Source: Zygnema circumcarinatum SAG 698-1b (lineage: Eukaryota > Plantae > Zygnematophyceae). Taken from it: a DNA stretch of 64,000 nucleotides. Below, in pieces: positions 54,661 through 64,000 of the stretch; position 1 is the first letter of the stretch; every line of letters starts with the position of its first letter. The stretch lies in assembly GCA_037447605.1 (NCBI GenBank), contig CM074822.1:1511492-1575491 (forward strand), written 5' to 3'. The position numbers were made by a program, and so were the translations under genes. A model generated the notes under the pieces. It saw only the letters and a program-made list of their open reading frames with translations, did not search any database and had not been told where the DNA came from.

Positions 54661-55340
54661 TAGGCACATGAGAGCATGTGAGGTTTGTCGAACATGGAAC
54701 GTGGAAACATGACCATGAAAACATGGAAATTTTGTGAGCGATTGATTCCTCGTGGTTCCCTTCTCCATGTTCTTGTTGTTGTTCTTGGCCATGTTGTGTC
54801 TTTCATGGCATCGCCATGCGAGAACAATGCCAAATTTTGTATTAAAATTTCCATGTTCGACCTTTATGAGGTTTTTTTTGGATTGATGGAGTAGGCTAGT
54901 GATGAGTCTTAAGGTGGTAGGCTGTACGGAAAGGTGTACTAAATGATTGCTTGTGACCTTTGGAGCTTTGAGCATGACCATGTGTCAGAAAGAGAACAAT
55001 GGCGCATGGGATGCATCTGACGTTGTGGTTGTGACTCAAAATGATGTCCCCACGACAACTTGCATTCCATGCATAGAACAATACTAGAGCTTAACATTCA
55101 CCATACATAGTCAACTAGTCAACGATCGTCTTATCAATGATACTACTTGCAATTATGTTAGAATGAATTTGGCCTTGGTCTGACGCATGGAGATGCCATG
55201 AAAGGTACGCAAGCCAAAAAAAAAAACATGGAAAAGAGGACCGCGAGGAACCAACAGCTCTCAAAGGACCATTTCCATGTTCGCAAACTCATGTTTTCAT
55301 GGTTCATGTTGACCAAACCTCATATGGTTTCATGGGCCTA
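54661..55340. mobile_element. Foldback/MITE-like element with ~170-bp imperfect TIRs
   Basis: TAGGCACATGAGAGCATGTGAGGTTTG at the left end versus the reverse complement of the right end, TAGGCCCATGAAACCATATGAGGTTTG. No TSD found. Confidence 0.65.
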
Positions 55341-55353
55341 TACGGTAATTGGT

Positions 55354-58300
55354 CCCCCGCACTGGCAGCGAGGGCCGGTTCCATGAGCGCCGTTCCGCCG
55401 AGGTGGCGCCGACGTGTCTGCCCCATCGACGTTCAGGACCGTAAAAAAACAGCTCGCCTCTAGGCCACTCGCGTGCCGCCAGGTGGCAACCAAAGGGCCG
55501 GCAGCGTGCTACTGCCACGCTGGCGATCATTCGTACAGCTTCAAAATGTGTACGGGCGAAAAAACGACGTGAAACGGGATTTCACGGGGTTTCAAATTGT
55601 TCACGTGGCAAGTGCGGATTCGCAAACGGTATTTCGGACGGGTCTGGCGTTTCCTTGTGCAGAACGACGAATTCTTCCGTGGACCAGTACGGGCTGTTAC
55701 GGGACGCACTCATGGAACCCGGTCCTGACCATTTCCCAAACGAGACCTCGATTCCGTTCCGACCGTGTGAACACTTATCGGGATGCGGCGCGTCCACGCA
55801 ACCCTTCGCACGTATGGGCTCCGCAACCCACACTGCCGCCGGGGTCGACCAATCGGAGCGCTGCGGCTCCTCGTCGCAAGTGTGACCGCACTCTCGGATT
55901 GGCGGAACGGTAGGAGTACGACAGCAACCGTACGGTTGGTCGGTCGTTCCTGGGGGGCCCGGCCCTCCCCTCCGGAGCCCTCTCCCTCTCCCTCCTCTCC
56001 CTCTCCCTCCCCCTCACCCCCTCCCTCTCCCTCCCCCTCTTCCTTTCCCTCTCCCTCTCTTACTACAACTCTCGCTGTATTTATGTCTTCCCATCCCTCT
56101 CCCACTCTATTTATATGCAGACCAGCTTCTAATTAAAGCTCGTAACGAATATTTACTCCTTGGTTCTCGATCTTTGCTAGCTGGAATATAAAAAAAAGGT
56201 ATCGCCAAAAGTCTAAAAATGCGATTAAGTGGCAGCTCTTCTCTCAAGTAAATTAATCCAATGTCTCGATCAAATTTTAGATGAAAAAATCTCAGAAAGG
56301 TTCCAAATGTTTCGTGGAAAACTGAAAAAAAGCTTTCCCCCCCACCCCCCCCTTTTACTCAATCAGACCCATCTTAGACCTTCCGAGGAATTCAGATCAG
56401 AAACTTAAAATTTGTATCTAGTTTATCCCTAAAAACTCGGTTTATACCAAAAATTTAGTTTTATATCAAAAAACTAAGTTTTTTTGAAATTCAAAGAGGT
56501 GGCCATGGAATCAGCATCCTCAATCGCATTATCTCTCGGAACTTCAGGCGCTCTATTTTTCGTATTTTATGGAACCTTTAGAAACTTATCTCGATACCGG
56601 TCCATGGCCATTCATTACTACCCCGCGAAGCTATTAGCAGGGCTGGCCCCGCCTGAGTATCCTTACTATTCCCTCCAATGGCTGACTGACACGTGGAGCA
56701 CCACTGAGGAAGAGCTCGTGAATTTTGCGGGTCTTGACGCCGCCGTGTACCTCAAAATGCAGCTCGCTTGTGGGTGTTCAATGCTCTCAGTTCCGTTTTC
56801 CGTTTCAGTTCATTTTCTCCATCTCTCTCTCCCCCTCTCCCTCTCCCTCTCCCTCCCCTCCCCTCCTTATCCCATCCCCTCCCGTCTCTCCGTCTCTCTC
56901 TCTCCATCTCCTTCCTTCCCCATCCTCTCCCTTCTATCTGCCTCTCTCGCTCTCCCCTTCCTCCCCTCCCTTTCACCTCCCCTCTCTCTACCTGTCTCTC
57001 TCTCCCCCTCCTCCCCTCCCCATCCCCTCCCCTCTATCTGCGTCGCTCCTCTCCCCCTCCTCCCCTCCCCGTCCCATCCCCTCTCTCTGCCTCTCTCTCT
57101 CTCCCCTCCTCCCCTTCCCATCCCCTCCCCTCGCTCTGCCTTTCTCTCTCCCTCTCCTCCCCATCCCCTCCCTCCCCTCTCTTTGCCTCACACTCTCTCG
57201 TCCTCTCACTTCCCGCCATGTTTTCATACANNNNNNNNNNCCCCCGCACTGGCAGCGAGGGCCGGTTCCATGAGCGCCGTTCCGCCGAGGTGGCGCCGAC
57301 GTGTCTGCCCCATCGACGTTCAGGACCGTAAAAAAACAGCTCGCCTCTAGGCCACTCGCGTGCCGCCAGGTGGCAACCAAAGGGCCGGCAGCGTGCTACT
57401 GCCACGCTGGCGATCATTCGTACAGCTTCAAAATGTGTACGGGCGAAAAAACGACGTGAAACGGGATTTCACGGGGTTTCAAATTGTTCACGTGGCAAGT
57501 GCGGATTCGCAAACGGTATTTCGGACGGGTCTGGCGTTTCCTTGTGCAGAACGACGAATTCTTCCGTGGACCAGTACGGGCTGTTACGGGACGCACTCAT
57601 GGAACCCGGTCCTGACCATTTCCCAAACGAGACCTCGATTCCGTTCCGACCGTGTGAACACTTATCGGGATGCGGCGCGTCCACGCAACCCTTCGCACGT
57701 ATGGGCTCCGCAACCCACACTGCCGCCGGGGTCGACCAATCGGAGCGCTGCGGCTCCTCGTCGCAAGTGTGACCGCACTCTCGGATTGGCGGAACGGTAG
57801 GAGTACGACAGCAACCGTACGGTTGGTCGGTCGTTCCTGGGGGGCCCGGCCCTCCCCTCCGGAGCCCTCTCCCTCTCCCTCCTCTCCCTCTCCCTCCCCC
57901 TCTCCCCCTCCCTCTCCCTCCCCCTCTTCCTTTCCCTCTCCCTCTCTTACTACAACTCTCGCTGTATTTATGTCTTCCCATCCCTCTCCCACTCTATTTA
58001 TATGCAGACCAGCTTCTAATTAAAGCTCGTAACGAATATTTACTCCTTGGTTCTCGATCTTTGCTAGCTGGAATATAAAAAAAAGGTATCGCCAAAAGTC
58101 TAAAAATGCGATTAAGTGGCAGCTCTTCTCTCAAGTAAATTAATCCAATGTCTCGATCAAATTTTAGATGAAAAAATCTCAGAAAGGTTCCAAATGTTTC
58201 GTGGAAAACTGAAAAAAAGCTTTCCCCCCCACCCCCCCCTTTTACTCAATCAGACCCATCTTAGACCTTCCGAGGAATTCAGATCAGAAACTTAAAATTT

Positions 58301-59117
58301 GTATCTAGTTTATCCCTAAAAACTCGGTTTATACCAAAAATTTAGTTTTATATCAAAAAACTAAGTTTTTTTGAAATTCAAAGAGGTGGCCATGGAATCA
58401 GCATCCTCAATCGCATTATCTCTCGGAACTTCAGGCGCTCTATTTTTCGTATTTTATGGAACCTTTAGAAACTTATCTCGATACCGGTCCATGGCCATTC
58501 ATTACTACCCCGCGAAGCTATTAGCAGGGCTGGCCCCGCCTGAGTATCCTTACTATTCCCTCCAATGGCTGACTGACACGTGGAGCACCACTGAGGAAGA
58601 GCTCGTGAATTTTGCGGGTCTTGACGCCGCCGTGTACCTCAAAATGCAGCTCGCTTGTGGGTGTTCAATGCTCTCAGTTCCGTTTTCCGTTTCAGTTCAT
58701 TTTCTCCATCTCTCTCTCCCCCTCTCCCTCTCCCTCTCCCTCCCCTCCCCTCCTTATCCCATCCCCTCCCGTCTCTCCGTCTCTCTCTCTCCATCTCCTT
58801 CCTTCCCCATCCTCTCCCTTCTATCTGCCTCTCTCGCTCTCCCCTTCCTCCCCTCCCTTTCACCTCCCCTCTCTCTACCTGTCTCTCTCTCCCCCTCCTC
58901 CCCTCCCCATCCCCTCCCCTCTATCTGCGTCGCTCCTCTCCCCCTCCTCCCCTCCCCGTCCCATCCCCTCTCTCTGCCTCTCTCTCTCTCCCCTCCTCCC
59001 CTTCCCATCCCCTCCCCTCGCTCTGCCTTTCTCTCTCCCTCTCCTCCCCATCCCCTCCCTCCCCTCTCTTTGCCTCACACTCTCTCGTCCTCTCACTTCC
59101 CGCCATGTTTTCATACA
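55354..59117. repeat. Gap-flanked duplication D: 55354-57230 approx. 57241-59117
   Basis: Identical ORFs at offset 1887; 10-N gap at 57231. Confidence 0.92.
56505..56769 (+). CDS. ERD4: ERD4/OSCA exon 1, duplicate copy
   Basis: Identical to 58392-58656; probably assembly redundancy. Confidence 0.6.
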
Positions 59118-60361
59118 TCTTGCTTATCTTTCTAAAGACCCCATATAGAAAACCTGTCTCTGCCTCTTTTCTGGCACTACTCTAACATAGAAGGAACCCG
59201 CCCTCCAGGCACATACATTCTGGGATTCGCCTCCATCTATTGCCTCTTCGTGCTGCTTCCGTTGTGCGCAACTGCCAACGGCTACGAGGATTTGCAGATC
59301 TTCTTCGTTTCTAGCACCGGGAAGCAAACGAAAATCTACATAGAATTCGACACTCTCACACTTGGAAATGTGCCGGTAAACTGTTCAATTTCACCTTTGA
59401 AAAAACTCAAGCACAATGCATTGTCTTCTCTCTTCTCTCTCTCTCTCACTTTCTCTCTCTCACTCTCTCGCCATCTCTCTCTCTCACCCTCTCTCTCTCT
59501 CCCTCTCGCTCTCTCACGACCGATTGGACGAACATAGCGAACAGACGAACAAAGCTTCGGGCGGCGCTATCCGTCGTCACCCACTCTCTCTCCTTCCCAC
59601 TCCTACTCTCCCCCCTCCTTTATCTCTCGCTTCCTCACTCTCTCTCACTCTCCCTCTCTCCCCCTTCCCCACTTCCCCATCTTCTCCCTCTCCCTCTCCC
59701 TCTCTGCCCCTTTCCATCCACTTCCCCGCCCTCCTTCCTTCCCCTCCCCTTCCCTCCCCCTCCCCCTCCCCCTCCACCTCCCCCTCCACCTCCCCCTCCC
59801 CTTCCCCACCCCCCCTCCCTCCCTTTTTACCCAACCCCCTCCTCCCTCCTCCCTCCTCCCCCTCCCCCTCCCCCTCCCCCTCTCCCTCTCCCTCTCCCTC
59901 CCCCTCCACCTCCCCCACCCCCTCCCCCAACCTTCCACCAAACCCCCTCTCCCTCCCCCTCCCCCTCCTCCCTCCCCCCTCCCCCTCCCCCCCTCCCCTC
60001 CCCCTCCCCCTCCCCTCCCTTCCCTCCCCCTCCCCCTCCCCCTCCCCCTCCCCCCTCCACCTCCCCCTCCTCTCCCTCCCCCTCCTCCTCCACCCCTCCT
60101 CCTCCCCCTCCTCGACCCCCTCCCCCTCCCCTCCTATCCCTCCTCCCCTCCCCAGGACAGCAGCAGCGTGTTTTGGGCCTTCGCGTTCGGCGCGTATTGG
60201 GTCACTTTCGGCGCCCTCTTCTTTTTGTGGCACACGTACCGCTCCGTACTGGCGCTGAGGACGAGCTTTTTGGCTCGGGAGTCGCCGCCTTTGGACCTGT
60301 ACGCGCTGCTGGTACGGGACGTGGCTCGGCCGTGGTTCGGGCCGGACGTAAACCGAGGCTC
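58392..60361 (+). CDS. ERD4: ERD4/OSCA3-like (CSC1/TMEM63 family) mechanosensitive channel, exons 1-3, truncated at gap
   Basis: Exons 58392-58656 (SLGTS...YYP...W...TEEELVNFAGLDAAVYL), 59209-59375 (VLLPLCAT...FDTLTLGNVP) and 60156-60361 (FWAFAFGAYWVTF...WHTYRSVLALR...YALLVRD); splice phases consistent. Confidence 0.88.
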
Positions 60362-61534
60362 NNNNNNNNNNNNNNNNNNNNNNNNNNNNNNNNNNNNNNN
60401 NNNNNNNNNNNNNNNNNNNNNNNNNNNNNNNNNNNNNNNNNNNNNNNNNNNNNNNNNNNNNCTTTACACGTGTGACAGAAGCATCTCATTAGTCAATAGG
60501 TCAAAAAATTTTACATTGAAGCATGATGACGGCATATACAGTTCGCAGTTGCGCGTGACTGGTCAACGCCCATATTTTAAACTCGTTTTCATGTCCCCAG
60601 TTTCAAATACCGTGATTTTGACTTCATCCGTACGAAAACTGTTACTGTACATTGCCTGTACAGTTCACGTTCACGCTGTCTAAACGGGTTTAAAGTTGAA
60701 CTTTACCGAAAATCAGAACAGGTTGAGAAAATGAGAAACGAGTTTCCTTAAGGAAACTGATACCCCGTCACCCCATTTTGAATATCTCTTCCCCCTGAAT
60801 TATTTTTTTTGAGAGAAAAAAATATCGGCCTGCCCGAATCCGCTCAGAGAGGAAGATTCGTCCGCCACGAGATCGTTTTCGCGGGTGTCTGTTCTTTACA
60901 CGTGCGGTGAATCGCAGCCGTCGATAACCTCGCAGATCGCCCCACCACAACCGTTGCACTGCAGCCCGGGCTCTGTCCCATCGAATGGCACGGGTCCACG
61001 TGTCCCGCCAAAGCGTGCCCCGCCCACCCTTCCAAAAGAGGGCCAAGACTGAGTGACCCACAAAACGACAAAATCGCTATACGCCTACGCGTACAACGCG
61101 TACGCCTACTTGCGCAGTTAGCGGCAACTGGGGTCGGTGTGACCCTAAAAACGACAAAAATATCAACCAGACAAACAGGTAAATGACGCGCAAGACGACA
61201 ATTAATCTAACCGTCGTTTGTACCCGACGTTTAATCCCCGCCATTTCCGACTGCCGTCCGCGGACTCCACTTTTGTCGCGTCTCGTTTCGTCACGTCACG
61301 GTCCCAAACATACTTGTCACGTCATATGTTGCCGCGACCAATCATGTCGCTCCACGTGTTGCGCCCTTATACCTTGTAGACGCGCGCGCTTCGTACATTT
61401 CAAATCACTATCCGTACATCCGACGAAAAAAGGTCTGTATCTATTCTGAAAAGTATGAAACAGCGCCGGGCAACAAAAAAAAGGATTTTCTTGCTGCCCG
61501 GCGAAAACGTACACTACATTCAGAAAAAGTACAC

Positions 61535-62272
61535 TAGGGGGTGTCAGACTTAACGTACGTATCGTATCGTATTGTGTCGTTTAATGTCATATCGCACCGC
61601 ATCGTACCGTATCGTATCGTGGCAAACCGCATACAGTACATGAAGCACGCCTTAGCGTTAACTGAGGCAGCAAACCAAAAAGCTTCGAGCCCGTAACGGC
61701 TACTACAGCTCGTACGGCTAGTACGGATAGTACCGTATCGAAAAGTATCGTATCGTATCGAAGCCAAGAAGAAGTGGAGAAGAGCGAGCGCCTCTTACGG
61801 CGGAACGTTAGATGCGTTATGCGTAAGCCCGTGACGGCTAGTACAGCTAGTACGGGTAGTACGGTTAGTACTGTTAGTACGGATAATACGGTTAGTACGG
61901 CTAACACAAGTTACCGTACAAAAAGGTGGTTTCGGCAAAGTCGGGGCGAATTTTTGAGGGACGCACTTTTGAAAGTGGAAAATATGACGGGGTCCTACTG
62001 TAATGCCGCACGCCTAATGTTAACACGGACACCCTTACATTTTCGCCCAATATTTGCCACCCCCGCGTTTTGTCTTTCGCACCCCCCCGTTTGAAAAAAT
62101 TTCCTGCCCATTAGGGGGTGTCAGACTTAACAAAATCTTATGAAAAGCGTTACGAAAAAAAAGGTTACGAAAGTACTCCGCCGCAGAAGGATCGCGATTA
62201 TACTGGAGTACTCGTTCTGATGGCAAACTTACGAACACGCGTACTGAATTTTTTTAAGTCTGACACCCCCTA
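61535..62272. mobile_element. Composite TIR element(s) with TAGGGGGTGTCAGACTTAA ends
   Basis: The 19-bp motif is at 61535 and 62112 (forward) and ends at 62272 (inverted); internal (CGTAT)n and TAGTACGG repeats; no TSD found. Confidence 0.65.
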
Positions 62273-62351
62273 ATATTAGGTCGTTTTGGCGTTGGCGTTG
62301 CGAAATGCGTTCGCCTGGTTTTCTCTGTCTGCTCGTGCTCGGGCCGCATAA

Positions 62352-63960
62352 TGTTGATGTATGGGGTACATCAAGGTGTTGGTACTTAGTTCCTAGCATG
62401 AATGTTGTCCGGGAGATCAATGTGTTGGTATAGGGACAATGTCATGCATGAACGGTCATGTTTGGTGTAGGACCGAACATGGGGGGTGCCCGTATCATTA
62501 GGGCACGGTACGGCAGGTCTAGGAATAGTTTAGGGTCGTAGGTTTGCGGCTTTGACTTAGATCGAACCAAAGGGGGTGCGCGGAGTGCGCTTGGACGGAT
62601 TGGAGCGCGGCCGTACGGACGGCGCGCGAATTGTACGGACGACGCGGAAGTTTGCGGACGCGGAGATTTGGAAGCGCGGGAGGCGGATTTGCGTGAAGCG
62701 ACATGATTGGTCGCGACAGCACGCAAAACGCGGCGCATCTCTGAGCGTGACGTGACGCAGGGTTCGGCAATGTCGGTGGAGAACTTGTGAGATATTTGGA
62801 GTGCGCTGATTGGTCGCAGCGCGAGTGCGGAGTACGGAGCGCAAAGCGGCTGAGTGCGCCGCGAGTGCGCGGAGTACTGACGAGCGAATCTGATTGGTCG
62901 CGGCGCGAGCGCGAAACGCGGAGGGCAAAGTTGCGGCGCGGAAACGACAAGGAATGTCGGCGGCGAATCGCGACGCGCCACGTGGACACTTATATAGTGG
63001 GTCCGCTGGCTCGATTGTACGGCAGAATGGTCGGCGGGCGAAGAACGCTGAGGGCTGGCGAAGCGGCAGAATTGTACGGATGGACAAGAACTAGGTCGGT
63101 GCCATCGTAGGTTTACGAGGCGCACTAGCTGGTCGCTAATTCTGAGTGCGCCCACTCAGCGGAATGCAAGGGCCGGCCGTGACGTGACAATTGTGTCACG
63201 TCACATCGCCATGGTTGCTTAAGAGAGAGCAAGCTTGGCTCTCTCACTACTCACTCAACTCTAACTCGCTCAACTCTCTCTGAATGTAATGCTGCTCTGT
63301 CGTTGGTTGTTTAGGAAGAGCAAGCAGAGGTTGAGGCGTAGAGGAGTCCGGCCTTGTGTATGAAGGTCGTGAGAACTAGCTCTCATCATGCTAAGCTTTA
63401 GTGAAGAAGTTAGATGGTGTGTCCCTCATGTGTTGAGGTAGAGGAGGAGTTCATGGAGGCAGTTAGTGCTTGGCTACTGCAGTTGGGGTGTAAGCTATCT
63501 ATTAGAGAATAGGATAGCGCTCATGTGAGGAGGAGAATCTAGCATAAGGGATTATGTAGATTTCCTCAAAGAGCTTGTATTACACTCTTGAAGTTTAAGG
63601 AGTTTTATGGCCGTGGGCTTTCTCCTTATTACTGCATCATTTGTCATGTGAGTCCTCGTGTTGGATTGACGTGGTGGATGAGTGGAGGCAGCCATTGTAT
63701 GGGCGGTGTGTTGCTCCACATGAGGAGATCATTGAAGAAGCGTGGACTTGAGGAGCCGAGACCATGGAGGAGTTGAAGTGTTCTTGTAGGTGACGCGTTT
63801 AGTTTTCCGCTGTGCGCACCTGGCAAGGGGTGGATGGAAGGCAGTTTGTGGAGGAAGCGGTATGTGGCCCAAGTGGAAGATGAAGAAAGTTTTGAGCTTC
63901 ATCCGGGCATGTATTTATCCCTTCCTTGAAGTCTGCCCTCGGGCCCTCCTTGCACCAACA
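62352..63960 (+). mobile_element. 5' LTR (1609 bp) of an element continuing beyond the window
   Basis: TGTTG...CCAACA termini followed by a PBS; homologous to 40321-41675 and in part to 13222-14175. Confidence 0.88.
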
Positions 63961-63962
63961 AG

Positions 63963-63974
63963 TGGTATCAGAGC
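63963..63974 (+). promoter_or_regulatory. Primer-binding site, tRNA-iMet type
   Basis: TGGTATCAGAGC, 2 nt after the LTR end. Confidence 0.92.
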
Positions 63975-64000
63975 TAACGGTTGAAGTCTTGGAGCATCTA

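Overview
Eukaryotic nuclear DNA, not prokaryotic: it has GT-AG introns, LTR retrotransposons, about 15 N-gaps and long purine/pyrimidine-skewed simple repeats. Plant-type ERD4/OSCA, PEX11a, ARFC1 and OEP37-like sequences, plus extensin-like and lectin domains, point to a streptophyte, probably an alga (inference). Four multi-exon genes were reconstructed by hand with consistent splice phases. (1) A 5'-truncated extensin/proline-rich protein with two PAN/Apple domains (+, 1-2405). (2) A modular lectin with three diverged F-type (fucolectin) domains, Pro linkers and a legume L-type lectin domain (-, ~31430-38063), disrupted by a solo LTR and a frameshift. (3) A ~900-aa gene with an OEP37-like beta-barrel C-terminus, a long poly-Ser N-terminal extension and a spliced uORF (-, 47134-54239). 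(4) An ERD4/OSCA channel cut by a gap (+, 58392-60361). The rest is transposable elements and debris. This includes a truncated Copia, a Ty3/Gypsy with a candidate -1 frameshift signal, four TSD-flanked solo LTRs (one nested in another) and two further LTRs. It also includes a hAT element, two Mutator elements with 9-bp TSDs, and decayed host-gene fragments. The most distinctive unexplained signal is a covarying U-bulged hairpin shared by seven diverged LTRs near their 3' ends. Four near-identical block duplications each abut a 10-N gap and are probably assembly redundancy. No tRNA, rRNA or CRISPR array was found. Family assignments come from recalled motifs; no database search was run.
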